This document shows positions 35,732 through 44,513 of a stretch of DNA of 64,000 bases, piece by piece. The position numbers and the translations under genes are program-made. The stretch is from a virus, in IMG/VR virus record IMGVR_UViG_3300044653_000068, positions 32,001 to 96,000 of that record; one strand, written 5' to 3'. Under the pieces are notes generated by a model. It was given only the letters and a program-made list of their open reading frames with translations. It had not been told where the DNA came from and ran no database searches. Positions within the stretch are counted from its first letter, which is position 1; every line of letters begins with the position of its first letter.

Positions 35732-36714
35732 CAAAGACGGCAACGGTCGTAGGGGCGGGCATCGCCGGCCCCACGGCCGCGCTCAACCTCGCGCAACAGG
35801 GATACGACGTCGCGCTGCTGGAAAAGCGCGAACAGTCCGACATCGACTCCAACCATATGCTGACGCTCTCCGGTCAAACCGTGGATACCCTCGTCTACAG
35901 CGTGGGTATCGAATGGGGTGAGCTATTCCGCTATGACTCCCAGTACATCCGCCGGGAAACGTCGGACGGGCAGCGCTTGGCCGACAAGGGAACCAACTGG
36001 TTTCCCACGCCGCCTAACGTGTGCTGGAACGATCTTCACGACGCGCTAGCGTCCCGCTGCGATGTCACGTACGGGCACCGCGTCGAATCCCAGCCGGATA
36101 CCGACATCGTGGTGTGGGCGGACGGCATAGGCTCGTACGGCAGGAAATCGCACGGGGGGAGTCGGGGAACCTACGCGGGCGAAATGCTGTTGCGCGGCTC
36201 GGTGCCCCGTTCCGACGACGACATGGATTGGCTCACGTTCGGGGGGTCGCGTCACGGAACCTATGAGCTGGTTTCGTATCCCTCCTGGGAGCGGGACGGC
36301 GCGCCCGTGCGGGGATGGACGCTGTTCCTTCCCGTGGAGGAAATGCCGTGGGGCGGGACGCAAGCGCTCACCTCCGAGCAGCGAGACGAAATGCACCGAA
36401 TCATCCGCCCGCGCATGCACGACAAACCATACGAGCTGATCAAATCCACGGCCGACGTCATCGCCGCGCCGCAGTACGTGTGGCCGCCCGTACGTCATAT
36501 GACCGTGAACCGTGACGGCCAGCGTGAGTTTTTCATCGGGGACGCGGTTGGGTCGGTCTCGCCGCGTACGACGATGGGGGCGAACCTCGCGGTAGCGGAA
36601 GGGTACGGAATCGGCCGTGATCCGTCGTGGGATTCCGACGCGGTGCCCGCAGTGAACGAGGCACTGGAGGATTCCCGCGAAATGATCGGCACATCCACAA
36701 CCCGGGAGGGGTGA
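35728..36714 (+). CDS. FAD-dependent monooxygenase
   Basis: VVGAGIAG..A..L...G.DV.LLEK, WADGIGS, IGDA...P....GANLA. Confidence 0.88.
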   Translation: MTKTATVVGAGIAGPTAALNLAQQGYDVALLEKREQSDIDSNHMLTLSGQTVDTLVYSVGIEWGELFRYDSQYIRRETSDGQRLADKGTNWFPTPPNVCWNDLHDALASRCDVTYGHRVESQPDTDIVVWADGIGSYGRKSHGGSRGTYAGEMLLRGSVPRSDDDMDWLTFGGSRHGTYELVSYPSWERDGAPVRGWTLFLPVEEMPWGGTQALTSEQRDEMHRIIRPRMHDKPYELIKSTADVIAAPQYVWPPVRHMTVNRDGQREFFIGDAVGSVSPRTTMGANLAVAEGYGIGRDPSWDSDAVPAVNEALEDSREMIGTSTTREG

Positions 36715-36717
36715 ACC

Positions 36718-37089
36718 ATGGGGTACCTAATGAGCGGCGTGGTGCTGTTGTGCGTTCCGCTCCTACGGGAATTGTTCGCATGGCATCACGCCGGGCGCGT
36801 GACGCGCAAAACGGCCGAACCGCGCGAGATCGCTTATGTCAGCCCGTTCCTGCTGCCCGCCGAATCGTCGGCTTCACTCTTGCACAAAAGAGAATGGGAC
36901 GCGTGGTACAACGCGCGGGAACGCTACGCGACAACCCCCACGGCGGAGCACAGTGACGCGTGCACGCTGATCCTTAACATCAACGGCAATCGCTATCTTG
37001 ACCATGACGCGTGCCGCGCGTGCTGGTTTGAGGCCATGCTAAACAGCGTGACGCCAACCAATCCGCCCGACCGACCCATAAGCCGGTGA
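36718..37089 (+). CDS. membrane-anchored hypothetical protein
   Basis: GGAGG RBS, hydrophobic N-terminus. Confidence 0.55.
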   Translation: MGYLMSGVVLLCVPLLRELFAWHHAGRVTRKTAEPREIAYVSPFLLPAESSASLLHKREWDAWYNARERYATTPTAEHSDACTLILNINGNRYLDHDACRACWFEAMLNSVTPTNPPDRPISR

Positions 37090-37166
37090 CAGAACTAACG
37101 GTGATGACCGCTATAGCGCTGATATTGAGCGCGCTATTCCTTTACCTACTACGACCGTAAAGGCCG

Positions 37167-37205
37167 GCGCATGGTGCGGACCGTTCGCGGTCCGTCGCCA
37201 CGCGC
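37167..37205 (+). repeat. conserved intergenic hairpin, copy 2
   Basis: covarying copy of 33351-33392. Confidence 0.75.
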
Positions 37206-37395
37206 TTACCGGCGCGACCACAACTGAATAAAAGGCATTCAGCGCTTGAACTTGACTCCGTTCTAGGCGACTACCGGAGCGGGACAGATTCCCGCTTGCT
37301 GCGGAGCATTCCCGGGTGATTGGGTCATCGCGCCCAATGTCGCCAGCGCTGAACAGTGACCAGCCACCATCTAGGGATCTTGAAAGGATCACATC

Positions 37396-37818
37396 ATGGC
37401 TGACCAGAATTCCACCACCGTTCAGAACGTCGCGCCGACCGCGCTTGACGGCGTGCCGGCGGACTACCAGCGGACCGTGGACGTGAAGCGGCACACCTCG
37501 GAGCACGTGCACGGCAACAAGACCGCATTCGAGATGGAGTCGCACACCGACGACGAGTCGGGCGGCGTCATCGACAACCGGCTCATGACCGTCATTGACG
37601 GGCGGATCGAGGCACGGCAGAAGGCGGAGGACCTGCGCGCCAACGCCCGCAACCGCAACAGGATCTACATCCTGGTCGTCGTGCTGATTATGGAGCTGGC
37701 CGTACCCACGCTGTACGGGATGCACATGCTGCCGGCCCTGTTCCTCAAGTACGAGGTGCTCGCGATCACCGCGCCGGACGCGCTGCTGACCGTGTGGGCC
37801 TACATCCACAAGTACTGA
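37396..37818 (+). CDS. membrane protein
   Basis: GAAAGGA RBS, two C-terminal TMs. Confidence 0.7.
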   Translation: MADQNSTTVQNVAPTALDGVPADYQRTVDVKRHTSEHVHGNKTAFEMESHTDDESGGVIDNRLMTVIDGRIEARQKAEDLRANARNRNRIYILVVVLIMELAVPTLYGMHMLPALFLKYEVLAITAPDALLTVWAYIHKY

Positions 37819-37855
37819 TCAGACCGGGCAAGAGAGGCAGCGATAGGAGAAAATC

Positions 37856-38077
37856 ATGCCGTGGTACTTGGCAACACTGCTGATCGTCGGGGTGTCCGTC
37901 GCCCTGCTGGGGCTAGTCGCCGCGTTCGCGTGGCTGATGGGCCGGGAATACGACCGGCATCCGTGGTTCCGCAAGTGGATGGACACGGAGGCGGCCATGC
38001 ACGGCGCGTACCTGGACCAGCCGGACATCACGCCGGAATACCTGGACCAAATCCCGGGCGGATGGGACAAGCCGTGA
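37856..38077 (+). CDS. membrane protein
   Basis: AGGAG RBS, N-terminal TM. Confidence 0.65.
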   Translation: MPWYLATLLIVGVSVALLGLVAAFAWLMGREYDRHPWFRKWMDTEAAMHGAYLDQPDITPEYLDQIPGGWDKP

Positions 38078-38292
38078 CCGACCTCGTGAGCAAGATCGTC
38101 GAATGGGAATCGGGCGAGATGTCCGAGGAAGATGAAATCTCCTTCTTTCAGGAGATGGTCAACAGCGGCGTGGTCTGGCAGCTCCAGGGGGCTTACGGCC
38201 GGCAGGCTAAGGCCATGCTTGACGCGGGCGTGATCACCAGCCCGTTCCAGGTCGTAGGCGATAGCGACGACGCCGATGGCGACCTACCATGA
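38074..38292 (+). CDS. conserved small phage protein
   Basis: I..WESGEM..E....FFQ.....G.VWQLQG.YGR.A motif. Confidence 0.7.
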   Translation: MTDLVSKIVEWESGEMSEEDEISFFQEMVNSGVVWQLQGAYGRQAKAMLDAGVITSPFQVVGDSDDADGDLP

Positions 38293-38455
38293 TCGGCATT
38301 ATCGGCCTGATCATATGGGCAACCGTGTTCGTCTGCCTGTTGCTGTGGGCCCATTCGCCTTACACAGACGGTCGCTAGGTAGGCGGTGCGGGGCGTGATC
38401 TTTGCGCCCCGTTTCCGCGTGCATAGCGCACGGTTCACGTGAAAGGAAACACGCA

Positions 38456-38671
38456 ATGTACGGCGAGTCAATGGGAATTGCGGTCTGGATCGCATTCGGT
38501 CTGGCCTGCATGGTTCTGCTGAGTACCGTGCTAGTCCACTTTTGGGTTATCACGCTTATAGTGATCGGCGGGGTAACGGCCATTATCGGTGTCGCCCTCT
38601 GGATTACCAACCTCATCATAACGCTTCGCGCACTCAGAACCGCACGTCGAGAATACCCCGGACAATTCTAG
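38456..38671 (+). CDS. membrane protein
   Basis: GAAAGGA RBS, 2 TMs. Confidence 0.6.
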   Translation: MYGESMGIAVWIAFGLACMVLLSTVLVHFWVITLIVIGGVTAIIGVALWITNLIITLRALRTARREYPGQF

Positions 38672-39222
38672 TGAACTGGATCATGACGAAAGTCGCATGG
38701 CTCATACTGTGGCCGGAGCGGAAGCACTGGGACGCGGAATACGAGGCGGCCGTAATCGAAATCAACAGGGGGGCGTGCCTATGAACGCGGGGGAATGGCC
38801 GCTGGCCGTGCTGGTCGTGTTCGTCGCCGCATTCGTATGGGCATGCAATAAGGCAGCCCAAAACTAGCGAAAAGAGGAAACTTAGCAATGAGATTCTATG
38901 TGAGCTATACCAACCGCCGGGGGAAGACCTACGGGACGGGAACAAAGGACGGGTACAGCGCGCACGTGCGCGGCTGGCACGCCGGAGTCAAGGTCACACC
39001 GCGCGCCAAGGCAGACGAAATGAAAGACGGGCCGACGTCATGAACGGTGTAGTTGTCTTCCGCAAGGCGGACCGATACGACTTCGACGGGGGCGTTTACG
39101 AGAACGGGAAGGTTATAGCCATCATCCCGCTATCGGACACGGAGAAGATCCACAAGTGCGGAATTCAGTTCCCGGACGCCCCGGCCGAAGTGCTCAACTT
39201 CCAGTAACGAAAGCAGGCAAGC

Positions 39223-39720
39223 ATGAGAACAAATGACAGCAGGTACCTACAGCCGGCCATGGACGTGATAGCCCGCGCCGATCCAGGGCTGTTCAAGGCG
39301 ATGCAGGCGGACGACTGGCCGGTCATAGTCATTGACGAGCCGGACGACCTGCTGCCCCTGATTCCCCGCGTCGGATTCGGGCAGGTACTGGCCATGGCGG
39401 AGGGCCTGAAGCGCGCTAACGGCCTGACCGGGCTGCACACGCCGGACCTGCCCGCGCTCCTGCGCGGCACGACCCTGATAAACAGGGGCAACCTCCGGCC
39501 CGACGCGAAAGCGTCCGGGTACGACGAAACCCGGTACCTCGCGTACACGCTGGCACACGAGTACGACCACCACGTGCACGACTCCGACGAACCGGAGGCC
39601 TACGCCGCCGGCAAGACGTTCGCCCTGAAGATGGGAGACCAGGACATCGCCCGTGGGTCCGATGAGACCGAGGCGCGCGTCATGCGGAATAAGGCCGCCG
39701 GCGGCGACGGTTCTTACTGA
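39223..39720 (+). CDS. putative zinc metalloprotease
   Basis: TLAHEYDH...E.EAY (HExxH plus downstream Glu). Confidence 0.65.
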   Translation: MRTNDSRYLQPAMDVIARADPGLFKAMQADDWPVIVIDEPDDLLPLIPRVGFGQVLAMAEGLKRANGLTGLHTPDLPALLRGTTLINRGNLRPDAKASGYDETRYLAYTLAHEYDHHVHDSDEPEAYAAGKTFALKMGDQDIARGSDETEARVMRNKAAGGDGSY

Positions 39721-39751
39721 CATCACACACCGTTACGAGAGGTAACAAGCA

Positions 39752-40009
39752 ATGAAGAACCACGCAAAAGCACTTGGCCTAACGCTGACAGCCCTGGTCG
39801 TGATCATGGCCGCCGCGCTATTCGGCATCCTGTCAGCCCGTGCGCAAACTAAGCCCGTCAACCCATTGTGCACGGCCACGGCAGAGACAGCGCTGAACAA
39901 CTACTGGCAGACTCAGGTCGCCAACGCAACGCCGGCCACGATGACCCGCGTTCTAAGCGCGGCGATCACCGCGACGTCGGCGCGCGTCAAGCTGTGTGAA
40001 GGGAAGTAA
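39752..40009 (+). CDS. secreted/membrane small protein
   Basis: signal peptide, GAGG RBS. Confidence 0.6.
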   Translation: MKNHAKALGLTLTALVVIMAAALFGILSARAQTKPVNPLCTATAETALNNYWQTQVANATPATMTRVLSAAITATSARVKLCEGK

Positions 40010-40019
40010 CAGAACAGAC

Positions 40020-40274
40020 ATGGGAATAAACGACGACAGCGCGACTGTCATCACTGGTGAGGAACACGTGCGCATGGCGAGCATCCTCGCACTGCGCGGC
40101 GCGCTCAAGCTGGAGGTAAGGGGCTTCACGCGCCGGGGCAGGAGCGCGCGGACCATCGCGCAGGAATTGCTGGGGCTACCGGGCCGGCCAACCGCGCGGA
40201 CCGTCTACGTGAAGCTGAACAAGTACGTCACAGACCGGCTAGGGCCGGACTTCGACAAGCCTTTGGAGGGCTGA
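40020..40274 (+). CDS. conserved small phage protein
   Basis: L.LRGALKLE.RG..R.GRS motif. Confidence 0.65.
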   Translation: MGINDDSATVITGEEHVRMASILALRGALKLEVRGFTRRGRSARTIAQELLGLPGRPTARTVYVKLNKYVTDRLGPDFDKPLEG

Positions 40275-40434
40275 TGTACCTGCGACTGGACAAAGACAAC
40301 CCGCTGACCGACAGCGACGCCGACAATGAGGGCGAGCTGCACCTGCAAGCGGACGACGTGATAACGATCATCGCCCCGGACGGCGGCGAGCTGGTCGTCT
40401 ACGTGAACGACGACGGAAACCTGGTGGCGGACTA

Positions 40435-40650
40435 ATGAGCGCAGTAGACACGGCGACCGAGGGCGCGAACTACTTCATCAAGCGCTTCCGCTTCCAGGGC
40501 GAGACCACGGTCGTGCAGACCGGGCTGACCCTGGAGGAAGCGCGGGAGCACTGCAACCGCGAGGACACGCACGGTGACGGCTGGTTCGACGGCTACTCGG
40601 CGATCCCGGACGACGACCCAAGCTACTACAGGCAGGAAACGGCACCATGA
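40435..40650 (+). CDS. conserved small phage protein
   Basis: TGLTLEEA.EHC....T....WFDGY motif. Confidence 0.7.
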   Translation: MSAVDTATEGANYFIKRFRFQGETTVVQTGLTLEEAREHCNREDTHGDGWFDGYSAIPDDDPSYYRQETAP

Positions 40651-40904
40651 CCGGCCAGATCCCGCCGTACGCGCGAACATACGGTTTCGCCAAGGTCCGG
40701 GAGGACTACGCCCCCGGCTGGAACCACGCGCGCTATCAGCTCAAGGCGGACCCTTCCTATCGCATCAAGGCGGAATCCGGTTCCAAGCGCTGGCACGTTT
40801 ACCACGGGGCAGCGGAATGGCCGACCGTCTACCCATCACTTACCGAGGCGATGAAAGCAGTAATCCGCTGGCTGGAATTCAGAGATAAAGAGGCAGCACG
40901 ATGA
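40647..40904 (+). CDS. hypothetical protein
   Basis: ATGA coupling. Confidence 0.6.
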   Translation: MTGQIPPYARTYGFAKVREDYAPGWNHARYQLKADPSYRIKAESGSKRWHVYHGAAEWPTVYPSLTEAMKAVIRWLEFRDKEAAR

Positions 40905-41194
40905 CACCCGAATCATACGAAAACGTCCTGGCCATCATCCGCGCAACCCCGGGCACCCCGCCGGGGAACGTGGCAACGTGCGGAACATGCGGCTTCCGCT
41001 GGGACGACACGCTAAGCACATCGCTCACCCCCACGCCGAGCGCGCGGTGCCCTAACGAGTACAACCACGAGGAAGACGAGGAAGGCGAGGAAGACGAGGA
41101 AGGCGATCACACGGTGACCATAACCGGGCCCAATGGCGAGTGGCATTGGGCCGGCTACGCGGACAACCATGGAAGCCCACGGAAATTCGCCTGA
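40901..41194 (+). CDS. Zn-ribbon acidic protein
   Basis: CGTCG..WDD....TPTPSARCP.E..H; EEDEEG x2. Confidence 0.65.
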   Translation: MTPESYENVLAIIRATPGTPPGNVATCGTCGFRWDDTLSTSLTPTPSARCPNEYNHEEDEEGEEDEEGDHTVTITGPNGEWHWAGYADNHGSPRKFA

Positions 41195-41218
41195 ACTAAA
41201 AAGGGAAAAGAGCAAAGC

Positions 41219-42280
41219 ATGACAAACACATTCGCGATTACCGAGCGGTTCGCAGAAGAGGCGGGCAAGGAAAACCCAAAGTTCCTGCACAACAAGAGCG
41301 CGAACGTGTTCGAGGGCAGGGAGCGGGGCCGCCCGGCGATCTACAGCTACGGCTATCACTTCCCGATGGCGGTGCTCATGCCGGACGACGACGGGAACCC
41401 GCGCGGCTGGTGGCTGGTCAACGGCGACAAGTACAGCATCAGCACGACCCGGCATCAGAACGGCGTGCGGAGCGCGCTCCAGCGGACCGGCCTGCCCATG
41501 GTCATCATCCCGTTCTCAGCGATCAGGGAAGCGGGCATCGACCAAGAATCCATCAAGCGGATCGAGGTACTGCCCGACCGCTACACGTGGGAGCCACGCA
41601 CCCGCGATGAGGCGCCCAAGGACTGGGAACTGCGCGGGAATCACGGGCAGGATCGCGACTGGAGCGAGCTGCCCGATGGCCGGTGGGCTTACATGGCTAG
41701 CGTTCACCACCTGGGCGAGTCGCTGATCACAGCGAAGTACGACTACCGGTTGGTCCCATTCGACCGGGAGACGGGGCGCTACCCGCACGAGAGCGGAACG
41801 GCCTACTTCCTGTCGGCGTTCGACGAGAACGAGGGCGGGGTGGGCGGCCTGTACTTCCTGTGCCAGCTTCCCGAGAGCGCGACACCGACCACGGTCGCGG
41901 AGGCGCGCGAGGCGCTGAAGCCGAGCGCGGTCCTGCACGCGGACAAGTACGGAACACGTGGAAACCTGCCCGTGCTGAGGCAGGGCGACGTGTTCGCGGT
42001 GCCGACCGAATTCGACACGCGCGATCTCCCGGGTCCGAGCCAGCGGAGCACGTACGTGCTGGGCGTCAACCACGTGGCGACCGAGGTGCGGACAGCGGAG
42101 AACATCGGCGGGCGGGTGGACACCTACGGGCGCGGGTACCTGCGCCACAAGCCGCGCGAGCGCTGGCGTCGGCCGCAGCACCGGCAGGTGAAGCTGGGCG
42201 ACGGGAAGACCTGGTACCTGCTGGTCAAGAACACAGTGCCCGAGGGCCGGTCATGGTCTATGGGCGGGAACGTGGACTAG
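41219..42280 (+). CDS. hypothetical protein with a C-terminal RQGD motif
   Basis: IYSYGYHFPMA, YS.STTRHQ, RQGDVFAVP. Confidence 0.85.
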   Translation: MTNTFAITERFAEEAGKENPKFLHNKSANVFEGRERGRPAIYSYGYHFPMAVLMPDDDGNPRGWWLVNGDKYSISTTRHQNGVRSALQRTGLPMVIIPFSAIREAGIDQESIKRIEVLPDRYTWEPRTRDEAPKDWELRGNHGQDRDWSELPDGRWAYMASVHHLGESLITAKYDYRLVPFDRETGRYPHESGTAYFLSAFDENEGGVGGLYFLCQLPESATPTTVAEAREALKPSAVLHADKYGTRGNLPVLRQGDVFAVPTEFDTRDLPGPSQRSTYVLGVNHVATEVRTAENIGGRVDTYGRGYLRHKPRERWRRPQHRQVKLGDGKTWYLLVKNTVPEGRSWSMGGNVD

Positions 42281-42287
42281 GAGGAAC

Positions 42288-42539
42288 ATGGAAGCCATGA
42301 TCGCGACACCCGAAGTGACCGCCCCGGCCGTGCTCAAGATAGACGACCCGAGCGGGATGGAAACGTGCGACCGGTGCCCGCAGAACGCGCTGTGGCGCGT
42401 CGTGTACGAGGCGGGCGAGCTGACCCTGTGCGGGCACCACGCACGGGCGTACGGCTTCGCGGGGGAGGATTCGCACTCCGCCTACCAGCAGGCCGCCCCG
42501 GCGACCGAGACCAGGAACGAGAAGAGGAAGGGCAAGTAA
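42288..42539 (+). CDS. actinobacterial Zn-binding small protein
   Basis: CDRC...A......GELTLCGHH. Confidence 0.7.
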   Translation: MEAMIATPEVTAPAVLKIDDPSGMETCDRCPQNALWRVVYEAGELTLCGHHARAYGFAGEDSHSAYQQAAPATETRNEKRKGK

Positions 42540-42959
42540 ATGAGACTTCACACAAAGCTAGGCGGATACCAGCTCAGCCAGGCGCTACAGCGCGCCAAGG
42601 ACAAGGGCCGGATCGGGGGCAGCGTCGTGTTCGCGGTTGACTCCGTGCACGGGTCGCGCACTCACCCGAGGGCGTTCGAGCTTCAGCTCGGAACATGGGA
42701 CAACACCCTGCCGGCGGGCACGGTGGACCAGCGCGGGCACAAGCTGCGCTACCGCCGGACCCGGAACATCAACCGCGACGACGCCAACCGCTACGCGGCC
42801 ACCTGGCACGAATGGGGCTGGCTCATCGCCGAGATCTTCGACGCGGACCCGAGCGCCCGGTTCGGCGGCGAGAAGGGCTGGGGCTACAAAAACCGGGCCG
42901 ACTTCGACGAGAAGACGAACTGGCAGTTCGACACGGACCTAGGGGAGGAAACCGCATGA
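42540..42959 (+). CDS. conserved actinophage protein
   Basis: HGSRTHPRAFE.QL, AATWHEWGW. Confidence 0.75.
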   Translation: MRLHTKLGGYQLSQALQRAKDKGRIGGSVVFAVDSVHGSRTHPRAFELQLGTWDNTLPAGTVDQRGHKLRYRRTRNINRDDANRYAATWHEWGWLIAEIFDADPSARFGGEKGWGYKNRADFDEKTNWQFDTDLGEETA

Positions 42960-43180
42960 GGCCCGAGCTGCTAACCCCGCGAAAGGTCACCACGAAGATC
43001 ATGCACGACATGCTCACCGTGATAGGCGAGGACGTGAGCACGGAGCGCATCGAGCGCTGGGCACCGCTGGAGGCGGCCGTCGTCTACGACTGGGCCTGCC
43101 GCGAGTACCTACGCGCATCCGACAACTCAGTTCGCGCCCGCCCGCGCCCGTTTCTGATGCGGGTGCCCAACAATGCCTAA
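42956..43180 (+). CDS. hypothetical protein
   Basis: GGAGG RBS, ATGA coupling. Confidence 0.6.
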   Translation: MRPELLTPRKVTTKIMHDMLTVIGEDVSTERIERWAPLEAAVVYDWACREYLRASDNSVRARPRPFLMRVPNNA

Positions 43181-43356
43181 GCCGGTCAAGACGCCGACTC
43201 AGCAGGTGCTCAAGGTGCGAGGCGACGAACGGGGGGCCATCCTCAACGGCCTGCCGTCAATCCCCTACCTGCCGAAGAATCCGGCCCGCCGAAAGCGGCT
43301 GCTGTGGGCGCTGGGCATCGCGCAATCAGAACTACTGACACGAGAGGATTAAAAAC

Positions 43357-43830
43357 ATGAGCAACGTAATCATGAACGAGTACGTATTCGACATCCTGAG
43401 CGTGGCGACATTCCACGTCACAGCTCCCGATTACCAGACAGCGCGGCGCGCGGCCGAGGGGGTCATGGAATTCAACGTCCGCGATAACACCGTGGACGAA
43501 AGCGCGGGCATCGCGGACATCATCCCAGTCGCGAGCTGGGAGCTTACCTGCGTCGCCCCGCGCGGAAGGGCGAGCCTGGCCGACGCCGACAACACGGGCG
43601 AGAACATCAGCCCGGACGAGTACCAGACCTTCGCCGAGCCGATTGACGGCAGCGAGCGAGAAGGGCTGATGGAAGCGCTGAACGAGGCGGACGAGGCGCT
43701 GGGCGGCGATTCCAACGACGCCGAGCACGACGCCCTGTACAGCGTGCGGGAAACCATAGCCGCCATCTTGGGCGTGGAATACGACGCGCCGTCGCCAGAC
43801 GACGAGGACGACGAGGACGACGAGGATTAG
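43357..43830 (+). CDS. highly acidic protein
   Basis: GAGG RBS, D/E-rich, poly-DE tail. Confidence 0.75.
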   Translation: MSNVIMNEYVFDILSVATFHVTAPDYQTARRAAEGVMEFNVRDNTVDESAGIADIIPVASWELTCVAPRGRASLADADNTGENISPDEYQTFAEPIDGSEREGLMEALNEADEALGGDSNDAEHDALYSVRETIAAILGVEYDAPSPDDEDDEDDED

Positions 43831-43862
43831 GAGGACGACGAGGATCAGGAGGAAAACCAGAT

Positions 43863-44237
43863 ATGAGCGACGCAGACAAGATGCTGACCCGCATCCATCA
43901 GCTGATATCCACGCAATTCGATTCAGGGCTGGCTATCGAAATCCAGCGACTGGACGATCACCTGCGCGCGGGCGGCGAATTGCCTGCGGAATGGGGAACA
44001 CGGTCCGGTGAGGGCGAGACCGAGGGCTGCACCTGCTGCCAGACGCGCGCCGCGTCATCGGTCACCGGCTACGAGTGCCCCCGCTGCGGTCACCTGCCGA
44101 AGTCCCACGGGGGAGCGGTCGATGAGCTGAAGCTGACCCTGCGCGAGGTAGCTCAAACTGAAGCGGCGCTTGACGGCGAGCCAGCCGTCATCCCGTCACT
44201 CGCGGAACTACTGCGAGGCAACCCATGGGAGAGGTAA
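43863..44237 (+). CDS. hypothetical protein with a Cys/His motif
   Basis: LD..L..GG.LP..W; CTCC...CPRCGH. Confidence 0.65.
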   Translation: MSDADKMLTRIHQLISTQFDSGLAIEIQRLDDHLRAGGELPAEWGTRSGEGETEGCTCCQTRAASSVTGYECPRCGHLPKSHGGAVDELKLTLREVAQTEAALDGEPAVIPSLAELLRGNPWER

Positions 44238-44241
44238 TCGA

Positions 44242-44451
44242 ATGACGCAGCACCTGGAAGCGACGGCCGAGACCGTCGTCACCATCAAGCTCAGCAAGGA
44301 GCACGCCGTCAAGCTAGCGCACAGCCTGGGGCGGGCGCTGGAGGCCACGAGTCATCTGGACCCGTCCAGCCGCTACACGGCACTGGTCAACACCGGCACG
44401 ATCGATGACCTGCTGTCGCTGAAGACCGCTCTGTTCACGGTAACGGAATAA
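44242..44451 (+). CDS. hypothetical protein
   Basis: GAGG RBS. Confidence 0.55.
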   Translation: MTQHLEATAETVVTIKLSKEHAVKLAHSLGRALEATSHLDPSSRYTALVNTGTIDDLLSLKTALFTVTE

Positions 44452-44513
44452 CCCCCGGCCGTGTAGCGCTGTAACCAGCGGAGGCAACTGACGATCCGAA
44501 GAGAGGATCACGA

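Noticed and set aside
43828-43830. Genome-wide TAG recoding
   Set aside because: TAG is the normal stop of the capsid, terminase, protease and many other genes; no suppressor tRNA seen
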